Of a stretch of 64,000 bases of DNA, positions 1 through 11,489 are shown piece by piece (position 1 is the stretch's first letter; each line of letters starts with the position of its first letter). A program made the position numbers and the translations under genes. This stretch comes from Mobula hypostoma (lineage: Eukaryota): contig NC_086098.1 of the NCBI RefSeq assembly GCF_963921235.1, positions 5,766,001-5,830,000 on the forward strand. The letters are read 5' to 3'. Under the pieces are notes generated by a model. That model was not told where the DNA came from and searched no databases. It saw nothing but the letters and a program-made list of their open reading frames with translations.

Positions 1-379
1 GTGTTCTTTTGTCCTTTCTATATCTTGCAATCAATAGAAAATAAGACTGGGTGGGACGTGAACTGGTTTCCCACTCGTTCCTATCTGATGAATTGGGTGA
101 CATCCAGTATGCCCAAATTAACTCTCAATGCATCTACAAACAGTAGGCACTCTATGTGGTCTGGACACCAACTGTATATTTATGATATGTACACCAGACT
201 TGTCCTACTTAGTGTAACCAGGCTGCAGTTTTACAAGGTCATCGAAGCTTTATGCACTGTTTTAAGTTTGGCATAAATGGGTGTTAATGGAAAAAGATAT
301 CCTCCATTTGTCAGGGTCCACCATGGATGTTGAGTCCTAGCTGTATATATGGTACACAAGCCAGGGAAATATGATACGG

Positions 380-876
380 AGAGCAAGCTGTTGCCATGTA
401 GCAGGATCTTCCTCTCCACGATGCTGTTGAGTCCAAAGGAACAGTAGGGACTGATATAGCTTAACACCAGCGGCTTCACAGAAGTTGCCAGTCAGAGTTG
501 AACTTAATGTAGGACTGCCTTAGGGACTCCATCTTCAGATTTTTCCTTGTGGCTTAACACCTGAAGCTTTTCCTGTGAGTGGGTATAGTCATAAGGCAAT
601 AGAGGCTTCAGATCAGAGTTTTCCTTCTCCTAGATGATCTGCCAACCTCAGCTGACGAGCCTCATCTGCCCTAAGTGACTGGTTTTAAGCTGCCAGCAAC
701 CCACCTTTGCCTCTTTTCTGTCAGTAGTAATGGTTCTGCTGAGTTTGGTAACGAAGCCACATGTGAAGGCCAGGAGCTGAACTTGGTTGGCAGAGGCTAT
801 TTGAGATGCACACTATTGGAAGTATTGAATAGTTCATGCATCTCTTATTCCCCCTACCACCCATGGCAACTACGAC
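380..876 (-). mobile_element. Non-coding retroelement fragment (RTE-associated 5'-UTR-like family)
   Basis: Reverse complement aligns by eye with 50875-51110 plus 51859-52138, and with 1350-1528 (shared motifs such as ctggccttcacatgtggctt and gtggagagg...atgggcaacagcttgctc). The RTE assignment is inference. Confidence 0.55.
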
Positions 877-1533
877 CTTAAGAAATGCAATGGAAGAAGA
901 AATGTTTGCATTGGTATAGCATCATACTATATTTCTCAGTAATGTCTCTTGGGACTTTGCTTATGATGAAGTAAAATCAGAAAACGTTGGAAAATCAAAA
1001 AAATCAGAGCACTCAACAGATCAGGAACTACTCTTCGGCAGGAATGGGAAAGAGAGATTGTATTAAGTTGCAAAGTTGGGGTGGGTTAAAGATATATTCA
1101 GCAAGGGAATATCTCTGAAAAAGTGAAGCCAAGGTTGCCATGGTACTTGTGATGTTTTAGGAGTAGTGCTTGATAGGTTGCTGGGGACAGATATAGAGAT
1201 CACTTTGAAGCTCTGAGGGGACAAATAAAAACTGCAAATTGCATACCAGTGATATAGCTATGTGCGATGACACTTGTGGGCTTCCACCAGCACATCCTCA
1301 GGAGCGTCAGTTATTAATGCAAGCAAAGCATTTCACTATATGTACACAAGGAAGCCCCAAGGAAAAGTCTGAAGATGGAGTCCCTAAGGCAGTCCTACAT
1401 CGAGTTCAACTCTGACTGGCAACTTTTGTGATGCCACTGGTGTTAAACTATATCAGTCTCCACTGCCCCTTTGGATTCATCAGCTTTGTGGAGAGGAGGA
1501 TCCCACTACATGGGCAACAGCTTGCTCAATGTA

Positions 1534-2796
1534 CAGTGATGCTGGAAAGTTTCTGAACCCCGTAGAATTCTCTCCCTCTGTACATAACTATGACCCAAAA
1601 TGGGTGATCAAATCTTCATGCAAGTGCTAAAACAAGAGAACCCAATTAGATAAATAACACAGAAAACATTATACTTGTTCATTTACTTACTGATAAAAAT
1701 GATCCAAGATTATATGTATTTGTTGGAAAAAGTATCTAAGCCTCTGTAATAATGCTTTCTACAAAAGCTATTTGGAATCGGGTATTCCAATCACTGAGAT
1801 GAGATTGGAGGTGAGGGTTGTCAAGGTGCCTGCTCTGTAAAAAAGACACATAAAGTCAGTTTACTGACAGAATCTGCTCTTCTCAAGAAAGATCTGTTTA
1901 TGCGCACCATGCCTGGATCAAAACAATTTTCAGAGGACTTTACAAGAGGAATTATGGAGATGCATGAAGCTAAGTAAGGCTAGAAAAGCATTTCTAAAGA
2001 CCTGAGTGTTCATCAGGCAGCAGTACGAGAAATGCTCTACAAATGGAGGAAACTCAGTTCTATTACTACTCTCCCTAGGAGTGGGCATCCTGCAAGGATC
2101 ACACCAATGGCACAACGTGCAATGCTGAAGGAGGGGAAAAAGAATGAAAGGGTAATAGCAAAAGACCTGCAGAAATCTCTAGAACTTCCTAAAGGCTCTG
2201 TTCATTTGCCCACTATGAGAAAAACACTGAATAAGAATGGTGTTCATGGAGGAAACCCCTGCTCTCCAAAAAAACACATTGCTGCACGACTCAAATTTGC
2301 AAAAGACCACCTGGATATTCTACAATGCTTCTGGGACAACGTTCTTTGGACAAATGAGACAGAAGTTGAACTTTTTTGGCCGAAATGCATATTGCTATGT
2401 TTGGAGGAAAAAGGGCACTGCACACTAACACTGAAAACCTCATCCCAACCGTGAAGCACGGTGGAAGGAGCATCATGGTTCCGGGCTGCTTTGCTGCCTC
2501 AGGGCCTGGACAACTTGCAATCATTAAGGGAACAATGAATGGAACATTGTGTCAAGACATTGTAGAGGAGAATTGCAGGGAGTTGGGTTGAAGAGGGGAC
2601 AAAAGGACCAGCTGTGATTGAATGGTGGAGCAGACTTGATGGGCCAAATGGCCTAATTCTGCTCCTATGTCTTACGGTCTTATAGGCTCTCTTTATTTAG
2701 TTTTAGGACTTACTTGAAGATCTGATCACACTTTAGATCATATTTATAAAGAAACGAGGAAAATTCTACAGAGTCACCAACTTTCTAGCACCACTG
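1534..2796 (+). mobile_element. Tc1/mariner DNA transposon, decayed and internally deleted
   Basis: TA on both flanks (1532-1533, 2797-2798). TIRs cagtgatgctggaaagttt / aactttctagcaccactg, with similarity extending about 100 bp. Transposase remnants from ATG about 1909: LPRSGHPARIT, VLWTNETEVELF, PTVKHGGRSIMV.GCF. Stops and frameshifts present. A CR1 3' tail sits at about 2575-2685. Confidence 0.92.
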
Positions 2797-3082
2797 TACG
2801 TGCTATTCCCCTTCAACCGTCAAGCTCCAGAACCGGTGTGGGTAACTTCATTTACCTCAGCACTGAGATCATTCCACAACCTACAAACTCACTTTGAAGA
2901 CTCTACAACTTAAGTTTACAGTATTATTCATGTGCTTATTTATTTTTTTGTTGAATGGTTTTTCGTTTTTTCCATTGGTTGCTTGACAATCTTTCTTTGT
3001 GTGTAGTTTTTCACTGATTCTATTGTACTTCCTTGTTCTACTGTGAGGAAAATGAGTCTCTATGTAGTATATAAATAAGTAA

Positions 3083-3390
3083 CAGCATCCATTAGTCTTG
3101 CGAAACTATGGATCTGCGCCTGGAAAGTCTTCACTTTCCAGGGCGCAGGCCTGGGCAAGGTTGTATGGAAGGCCAGCAGTTGCCTATGCTGCAAGTCTCC
3201 CCTCTCCACGACACCGATGTTGTCCAAGGGAAGGGCATTAGGACCCATACAGCTTGGCACCAGTGTCGTCGCAGAGCAATGTGTGATTAAGTGCCTTGCT
3301 CAAGGACACAACACACTGCCTCGGCTGGGGCTCAAACTCAGGACCTTCAGGTAGCTAGTCCAATGCCTTAACCACTTGGCCACGTGCCCA
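3083..3390 (-). mobile_element. tRNA-derived SINE, family A (copy 1)
   Basis: The minus strand starts with a tRNA-like head (gtggccaagtggttaaggc...gtttgag). Homologous to 19234-19530, 55588-55899 and 58681-58976. Confidence 0.88.
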
Positions 3391-4472
3391 CACCATGTAG
3401 CATATGTAGTAAATGGTGACATACTATATACATACTTTGATAATAAACTTACCCTGAACTGTGATAAGTAAAACTGTATCTGAAATCATTGTACGATAGG
3501 ATCTTCAAAATACACATATAGAGCACCTGAAAATGAAGAGAACATCTCAGCTTCATATGAAGTTGCTTTCTCCTCTCAGGCACTGCTCAGGGCTGCAAAG
3601 TCAGTCTTGATTAAGAACTCCAGCTGCTGCTGCAGATTTAAACCTACAAGCTTCACCCATGTGATTCAAATCTACAATCCTTTGGCCAAAGGTAAGAGAA
3701 CTGATGTGTGACACATGAATCTAGATTCTGGGAATGATAAGGTCTCAGCAATTGAATTGAACTTCAAATTCTCCACACTTACATTATTTCCCACTGCAAC
3801 AGCGGAAAGAACTAAATAGACCACAAGATCATAAGACATAACAACAGTATTAGGCCATTCAGTCCATCAATTCTGCTCCACTATTCAATCATGGCTGATT
3901 TATTATCCCTCTCAATCCCATTCTCCTGACTTGTCCCCATAATCATTGGTATCCTTACTAATCAAGTATTAACTTACCAATTTTAGCTTTCAGTGATTTT
4001 GGTAGATGTGTGAATGATTGCATAAGATTAAGAAAAAATGCAAGGTGCAAAGAACTTTGTTCTGATTATATCAGACTTGATTTCAATAAAATCAACTCTG
4101 CCCGACTTCAGCAACACTAAAACACATTCTGGTGGGCTGCAAGACCAGCCTTACTCAAGGCCAATACACCTGATGGCACAACCAGGTGTTACAGTGTCTT
4201 GCAGCAGTGCTGGAAAGTCGGCTGATGAGCGTCAACCCTCTCCCCCCCCCGACCCTTCATCCTGCTGGCCGTTAACAGCAGTTGTCTGGGAAGGCGAGGG
4301 TCAAGCCAGACTTGATAGATCGAGACCAGACACTGGGCAGCTAGGCGGGGCATGTGATTGGAAGATGTGGCCAGAGGCTCTGCTTCCCAACTCAAATCGC
4401 GGAAACCAACGTCAGACCAGACCTTGTGCTATGGTTGGCCTCACTCCATCTCGTTTGAGGCCGACCATAGCA

Positions 4473-7436
4473 CAAGGTCTGGTCTGACGTTGGTTACAGT
4501 GCCCTGGGAGGGTGCAGCGGAGGGGGCCTACGAGCACGAGGAGCTGAGCAAGGTCTGGTCTGACGTTGGTTACGGTGCCCTGGGAGGGTGCAGCGGAGGG
4601 GGCCTACGAGCACGAGGAGCTGAGCAAGGTCTGGTCTGACGTTGGTTACGGTGCCCTGGGAGGGTGCAGCGGAGGGGGCCTACGAGCACGAGGAGCTGAG
4701 CAAGGTCTGGTCTGACGTTGGTTACGGTGCCCTGGGAGGGTGCAGCGGAGGGGGCCTACGAGCACGAGGAGCTGAGCAAGGTCTGGTCTGACGTTGGTTA
4801 CGGTGCCCTGGGAGGGTGCAGCGGAGGGGGCCTACGAGCACGAGGAGCTGAGCAAGGTGTGGTCTGACGTTGGTTACGGTGCCCTGGGAGGGTGCAGCGG
4901 AGGGGGCGTACGAGCACGAGGAGCTGAGCAAGGTGTGGTCTGACGTTGGTTACGGTGCCCTGGGAGGGTGCAGCGGAGGGGGCCTACGAGCACGAGGAGC
5001 TGAGCAAGGTGTGGTCTGACGTTGGTTACGGTGCCCTGGGAGGGTGCAGCGGAGGAGGCCTACGAGCACGAGGAGCTGAGCAAGGTCTGGTCTGACGTTG
5101 GTTACGGTGCCCTGGGAGGGTGCGGCGGAGGGGGCCTACGAGCACGAGGAGCTGAGCAAGGTCTGGTCTGACGTTGGTTACGGTGCCCTGGGAGGGTGCG
5201 GCGGAGGGGGCCTACGAGCACGAGGAGCTGAGCAAGGTCTGGTCTGACGTTGGTTACGGTGCCCTGGGAGGGTGCGGCGGAGGGGGCCTACGAGCACGAG
5301 GAGCTGAGCAAGGTGTGGTCTGACGTTGGTTACGGTGCCCTGGGAGGGTGCGGCGGAGGGGGCCTACGAGCACGAGGAGCTGAGCAAGGTCTGGTCTGAC
5401 GTTGGTTACGGTGCCCTGGGAGGGTGCAGCGGAGGGGGCCTACGAGCACGAGGAGCTGAGCAAGGTCTGGTCTGACGTTGGTTACGGTGCCCTGGGAGGG
5501 TGCAGCGGAGGGGGCCTACGAGCACGAGGAGCTGAGCAAGGTGTGGTCTGACGTTGGTTACGGTGCCCTGGGAGGGTGCAGCGGAGGAGGCCTACGAGCA
5601 CGAGGAGCTGAGCAAGGTGTGGTCTGACGTTGGTTACGGTGCCCTGGGAGGGTGCGGCGGAGGGGGCCTACGAGCACGAGGAGCTGAGCAAGGTCTGGTC
5701 TGACGTTGGTTACGGTGCCCTGGGAGGGTGCAGCGGAGGGGGCCTACGAGCACGAGGAGCTGAGCAAGGTCTGGTCTGACGTTGGTTACGGTGCCCTGGG
5801 AGGGTGCGGCGGAGGGGGCCTACGAGCACGAGGAGCTGAGCAAGGTCTGGTCTGACGTTGGTTACGGTGCCCTGGGAGGGTGCAGCGGAGGGGGCCTACG
5901 AGCACGAGGAGCTGAGCAAGGTCTGGTCTGACGTTGGTTACGGTGCCCTGGGAGGGTGCAGCGGAGGGGGCCTACGAGCACGAGGAGCTGAGCAAGGTCT
6001 GGTCTGACGTTGGTTACGGTGCCCTGGGAGGGTGCAGCGGAGGGGGCCTACGAGCACGAGGAGCTGAGCAAGGTCTGGTCTGACGTTGGTTACGGTGCCC
6101 TGGGAGGGTGCAGCGGAGGGGGCCTACGAGCACGAGGAGCTGAGCAAGGTCTGGTCTGACGTTGGTTACGGTGCCCTGGGAGGGTGCAGCGGAGGGGGCG
6201 TACGAGCACGAGGAGCTGAGCAAGGTCTGGTCTGACGTTGGTTACGGTGCCCTGGGAGGGTGCAGCGGAGGGGGCCTACGAGCACGAGGAGCTGAGCAAG
6301 GTCTGGTCTGACGTTGGTTACGGTGCCCTGGGAGGGTGCAGCGGAGGGGGCCTACGAGCACGAGGAGCTGAGCAAGGTCTGGTCTGACGTTGGTTACGGT
6401 GCCCTGGGAGGGTGCAGCGGAGGGGGCCTACGAGCACGAGGAGCTGAGCAAGGTCTGGTCTGACGTTGGTTACGGTGCCCTGGGAGGGTGCAGCGGAGGG
6501 GGCGTACGAGCACGAGGAGCTGAGCAAGGTCTGGTCTGACGTTGGTTACGGTGCCCTGGGAGGGTGCAGCGGAGGGGGCCTACGAGCACGAGGAGCTGAG
6601 CAAGGTCTGGTCTGACGTTGGTTACGGTGCCCTGGGAGGGTGCAGCGGAGGGGGCCTACGAGCACGAGGAGCTGAGCAAGGTCTGGTCTGACGTTGGTTA
6701 CGGTGCCCTGGGAGGGTGCAGCGGAGGGGGCCTACGAGCACGAGGAGCTGAGCAAGGTCTGGTCTGACGTTGGTTACGGTGCCCTGGGAGGGTGCAGCGG
6801 AGGGGGCCTACGAGCACGAGGAGCTGAGCAAGGTCTGGTCTGACGTTGGTTACGGTGCCCTGGGAGGGTGCAGCGGAGGGGGCCTACGAGCACGAGGAGC
6901 TGAGCAAGGTCTGGTCTGACGTTGGTTACGGTGCCCTGGGAGGGTGCAGCGGAGGGGGCCTACGAGCACGAGGAGCTGAGCAAGGTGTGGTCTGACGTTG
7001 GTTACGGTGCCCTGGGAGGGTGCAGCGGAGGGGGCCTACGAGCACGAGGAGCTGAGCAAGGTCTGGTCTGACGTTGGTTACGGTGCCCTGGGAGGGTGCA
7101 GCGGAGGGGGCCTACGAGCACGAGGAGCTGAGCAAGGTCTGGTCTGACGTTGGTTACGGTGCCCTGGGAGGGTGCAGCGGAGGGGGCCTACGAGCACGAG
7201 GAGCTGAGCAAGGTCTGGTCTGACGTTGGTTACGGTGCCCTGGGAGGGTGCGGCGGAGGGGGCCTACGAGCACGAGGAGCTGAGCAAGGTGTGGTCTGAC
7301 GTTGGTTACGGTGCCCTGGGAGGGTGCGGCGGAGGGGGCCTACGAGCACGAGGAGCTGAGCAAGGTGTGGTCTGACGTTGGTTACAGTGCCCTGGGAGGG
7401 TGCAGCGGAGGGGGCCTACGAGGGCAAGGAGCTGAG
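4473..7436. repeat. GC-rich 76-bp minisatellite, 39 tandem copies
   Basis: Unit caaggtctggtctgacgttggttacggtgccctgggagggtgcagcggagggggcctacgagcacgaggagctgag. Phase is kept from 4473 to 7436 (39 x 76) with only a few recurring substitutions. Confidence 0.98.
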
Positions 7437-7720
7437 GTACACTGAGCTTGCTGGCGATGTGCAACAACGTGGCTGGAAAGCAAGGGTCTGACCGGTCGAA
7501 GTAGGCTGCAGAGCATTTGTAGCTGCATCAACATCAAGGCTACTCCGGGAGTTGGGAGTGCGAGGGAAAACACAACGACAAGCGGTCAAAGACCTCTCCA
7601 GAGCAGCTGAAAAGGGTAGTCAGTGGCTCTGGATGAAGAGAAAGGATTCCATCTGGGCCCCCAAGTGAGTGAAAGGCATCTGGGGGGGGTGAGCCCGGGA
7701 TGCCGGGATTCACTGCTGAA

Positions 7721-7790
7721 CCCCCCGGAGGTGTCGTGGGTCTATCAGCGAAACACTAAGGAAAGAGGGCACCCACTTGATAACCCAGAA
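7721..7790 (+). ncRNA. Candidate permuted hammerhead-like ribozyme with kink-turn in the HERO 3' UTR
   Basis: GUC at 7733-7735, GAAAC at 7750-7754, UUGAUAA at 7777-7783. Stem I 7736-7741/7771-7776 (6 bp), stem III 7730-7734/7753-7757. Stem II is weak. Activity untested. Confidence 0.55.
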
Positions 7791-7999
7791 GTTGCCACCA
7801 CTCACTTGGCCACCTCACAGAGTCAAGGCAGCAGGTCTCAGGAATGCAAATAATAACATCTAGTCCTACATAACATACCTTGGGGATGGATTCCCTCACA
7901 ACGGTGCAAACATATAAGGAATCAGTTGTTAGGTGTGTAATAATAAGTCTAATTAGCTTACAATAACACTGTTATAGAATACATCACTGGCTCTCTCCT

Positions 8000-9830
8000 C
8001 TGCTTTGACCTGCAAGGTGAACGTCTGGCTGTTATTTATTGATTACAGCTCTGCATTTAACATCATCATCTCCTCACTACAAATAAACAAGGTTTAAAAC
8101 CTAGGCCTCCGTCCTTTTCTCTGCAACCAGGTCCTTCCTGAATGCATGACCACAGTCAGTGTGAATCAATAATAACATCTCCTCCTCATTGTCCAGCAAC
8201 ACAAGCACTTCTGAAGGACGTGTGCTAGCCCACTACTCTGCTCTCTCAACACTCGTGACCGTATCTACTTTTCGTGATTTTTATTAACGACCTGGATGTG
8301 GGGGTAGAAGGGTGGGTTGGCAAGTTTGCAGACGACACAAAGGTTGGTGGTGATGTAGATAGTGTAGAGGATTGTCAAAGATTGCAGAGAGACATTGATA
8401 GGATGCAGAAGTGGGCTGAGAAGTGGCAGATGGAGTTCAACCTGGAGAAGTGTGAGGTGGTACACTTTGGAAGGACAAGCTCCAAGGCAGAATACAAAGT
8501 AAATGGCAGGATACTTGGTAGTGTGGAGGAGCAGAGGGATCTCGGGGTACATGTCCACAGATCCCTGAAAGTTGCCTCACAGGTGGATAGGGTAGTTAAG
8601 AAAGCTTATGGGGTGTTAGCTTTCATAAGTCGAGGGATAGAGTTTAAGAGTCGCGATGTAATCATGCAGCTCTATAAAACTCTGGTTAGGCTACACTTGG
8701 AGTATTATGTCCAGTTCTGGTCGCCTCACTATAGGAAGGATGTGGAAGCATTGGAAAGGGTACAGAGGAGATTTACCAGGATGCTGCCTGGTTTAGAAAG
8801 TATGCATTATGATCAGAGATTAAGGGAGCTAGGGCTTTACTCTTTGGAGAGAAGGAAGATGAGAGGAGACATGATAGAGGTGTACAAGATAATAAGAGGA
8901 ATAGATAGAGTGGATAGCCAGCGCCTCTTCCCCAGGGCACCACTGATCAATACAAGAGGACATGGCTTTAAGGTAAGGGGTGGGAAGTTCAAGGGGGATA
9001 TTAGAGGAAGGTTTTTTACTCAGAGAGTGGTTGGTGCGTGGAATGCACTGCCTGAGTCAGTGGTGGAGGCAGATACACTAGTGAAGTTTAAGAGACTACT
9101 AGACAGGTATATGGAGGAATCTAAGGTGGGGACTTATATGGGAGGCAGGGCTTGAGGGTCGGCACAACATTGTGGGCCGAAGGGCCTGTACTGTGCTGTA
9201 CTATTCTATGTTCTATGTATGGCTAAGCACAGCTCAAAATGCTAATTATAAATTTGTTGATGCTACCACTGCTGTTGGTAGAATATCAGATGATAATGAG
9301 GTGGCACGCAGGAGTGAGATAAATAGATAAATAGGCTAGTTAAGTGGTGTTGCAAAAACAATTTCACACTCACACGCAAGACCAAACAACTGATTATGCA
9401 TTTCAGGAAGGGAAAATTGGGAGAACACCATCAGTCCTCATCGAGTGCTCAATGCTAGAAGTAGTGAACTGTTGCAATATCCCAGGCATCAGCATCTCAG
9501 AGGACCCAACACATTGATGGAATGCGACACACCAACAGCAGTGCTTCATTTGGTGTTTGTAAATTCTTACAAATTTCTAAAGATGCATGGTGAAAGGCAT
9601 TCTGACTGGCTGCATCATAACTTGGTGTGGAGCCTTCAATACGCAAGATCAGAAAAAGCTGCAGAGGGTTATAGACTCAGCCGTCTCCACCATGAGCACA
9701 ATCCTTCCCACTATCAAGGACATCTTCAAGAGATGGAGGCATCTACCATTAAGGACCTACAGCATCTAGAACATGCCCTCTTCTCATTACTACAGTCAGG
9801 GAGGAGGTACAGATGCCAGAAGGCACACAC
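8000..9830 (+). mobile_element. Rex1/Babar-clade LINE fragment, decayed, split by a CR1 insertion
   Basis: RT remnants LLFIDYSSAFN, GRVL.PLL, then after the CR1 AKHSS..YKFVDATT and ILTGCIITW. The two halves join across the CR1. Confidence 0.8.
8265..9218 (+). mobile_element. CR1 LINE 5'-truncated copy, young (RT C-terminus and 3' tail)
   Basis: Uninterrupted ORF 8274-9155 (IFINDL..KFADDTK..QRDLGV..RFFTQRVVGAWNALP). 3' end gggccgaagggcctgtactgtgctgta followed by (ttctatg)n. Confidence 0.95.
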
Positions 9831-10290
9831 TCAATTTCGGGCCGAAATGTTGAACTCCAGCTTTTTGTGTGTGTTGCACGGATTTCCGGCATCTGCAGAT
9901 TTTCTCTTGTTTGTGTGGTTGTTTATTTTGCTTTATCTATTTTAATACTGTATGTGTAACTAGTTGATACACAAGTGTGTGGACCGAAATTAAGCTGAGA
10001 TTGTAAGAGCAGGATTTTAATTCATTATGTTATTTATATTTTCATGCCCTCTTTCTGCATTAAAACAAAGAAAGGAATTCAAGACCCGAGAAATTATTAG
10101 TTGTCCTGAGTGTGTATTCTTCCCGGGCTACAAAATATATGTTCTATAAAAGGAACATGCAAACAAATTCGGAGGAGTAGACCAGACAAGCCAGCTCAGC
10201 TATTTGACGAGATAATTGCTGGCCTAATAGCAGTCTGAACTCTGCATTTCTGTCCATCTATGGCAACTTTGCATCCACTTGCCTGTCAAT

Positions 10291-10575
10291 GGGTGACACA
10301 GTTAGCACAATGCTTTACAGTACAGGTGACCAGGGTTCAATTCCCACCGCAGCCTCTAAGGAGTTTGTACGTTCTCTCCGCGACCGTGTGAGTTTTTTCC
10401 AGGTTCTCTGGTTTCCTCCCACAGCCCAAAGATGTAATGGTTGGTAGGTTGATTGGTCATTGTAAATTATCCTGTGATTAGACCAGGGGGATTAAATCAG
10501 GGGACTGCTGGGTGGTGTGGCTCAAAGGGCTGGAAGGGCCTACTTCATGCTGTATCTCAATAAAATTAAAAAAAA
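10291..10575 (+). mobile_element. V-SINE/HE1-like SINE
   Basis: B-box gggttcaattccc, V-core ggagtttgtacgttctc...ggtttcctcccacag.ccaaaga, CR1-like tail. Related copies at about 21530-21790, 22715-22985 (-), 28660-29695 (split), 32090-32335 and 47405-47665. Confidence 0.85.
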
Positions 10576-10629
10576 ATAATGCTGGAAAAATATTCAAGGT
10601 AAGTTTCTAAGAACTATCAGCCTCCTGAG

Positions 10630-11215
10630 AGACGATCAGATGACACCAAATTCTACTATGTGGTAGCGTTGCCCAGCAACTCTTTGTCTCTGAGAGTAGT
10701 GACTCTGCTTGAACACAATAGATACCGATCACCGAAAACTCACCTTTTACAGACCTTTGGACCATCAGAGTCTGAGTGTGCCAAACAGTTGCTCTCCTCG
10801 CCTGGCTTTGGCAATGGTAAACCTTCAGACCTAATGGACCATGTGCTGTTCCCCCTGAGAAATCACCATCCTTGTTTTCTTTTAAAAGAACTCCCTGCAG
10901 CAAATGTCTGATCGAGTTTGCATTACCCTCACTAATGCACCCGGGAAGGACTATTGGAAGCTTGCTAAAATGGCTGATGGTTGACTCTCAGCCGGGCAAG
11001 CACTGCATCATTCCTCCTCCTTTCTCTACCTCAATAAGCCTGGTCAGCAAGGCCCCCAACACAAGGACACCCGTGGCTGCGAAGTAGATGATGCCAGGCC
11101 TGTGCTTTTACCACACTCGCCTTGGTGCGAACACTGGAAGTACTGACCCCCTTGCAGCTTCAACGTGCCTGCGCATCGGGACATCAGAAGTCTATGAACA
11201 CCGTGAATTCCAGCT
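10630..11215 (+). mobile_element. Gypsy LTR retrotransposon gag fragment, decayed
   Basis: DDTKFYYVV..KTHLLQTFG.SESECAKQLLS.PGFGNGKPSDLMDH..HHPCFLLKEL and LCFYH. Homologous to the gag remnant at about 42280-42640 (-). Confidence 0.75.
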
Positions 11216-11489
11216 CCCTTTTGCCACCTGCTATCGGGGACTCGGGAGTTGATCGGGACTTGAGACTTTTTTTTTACCGTGCCCATGGTCTGTTCTTCAT
11301 CAAATTACAGTATTGCTTTGCACTGCTGTAACTATATGTTATAATTACGTGGTTCTGTCAGTGTTAGTCTTTGGTCTGTCTTGTTTTCTGTGATATCACT
11401 CCGGAGAAACATTGTATCATTTCTTAATGCATGTATGCATTTCTAAATGACAATAAAAGAGGACTGAGTGTTCTCATAATCTAGATTGT

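Larger units (their letters stand above)
4096..7860 (+). mobile_element. HERO-type non-LTR retrotransposon 3' fragment (zinc knuckle, restriction-like endonuclease, 3' UTR), interrupted by a minisatellite
   Basis: Manual translation across frameshifts: LCPTSATLKHILVGCKTSLTQGQYT*WHNQVLQCLAAVLE ... DWKM..QRLCFPTQIAETNVRPDLVLW ... [array] ... TVPWEGAAEGAYEGKELRYTELAGDVQQRGWKARV*PVEVGCRAFVAASTSRLLRELGVRG...AAEKGSQWLWMKRKDSIWAPK* (stop 7666-7668). RPDLV, TVPWE and PVEVGCR are RLE motifs typical of HERO. Confidence 0.88.

Noticed and set aside
4473..7436. CRISPR array or repeat-protein gene
   Set aside because: There are no unique spacers, the units are near-identical, the 76-bp period is not a multiple of three, no cas genes are present and the context is eukaryotic.
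8274..9155. 293-aa ORF (and the 242-aa ORF at 20027-20755) as host or domesticated genes
   Set aside because: Both are 5'-truncated CR1 ORF2 ends with LINE tails; the open frames reflect young age.
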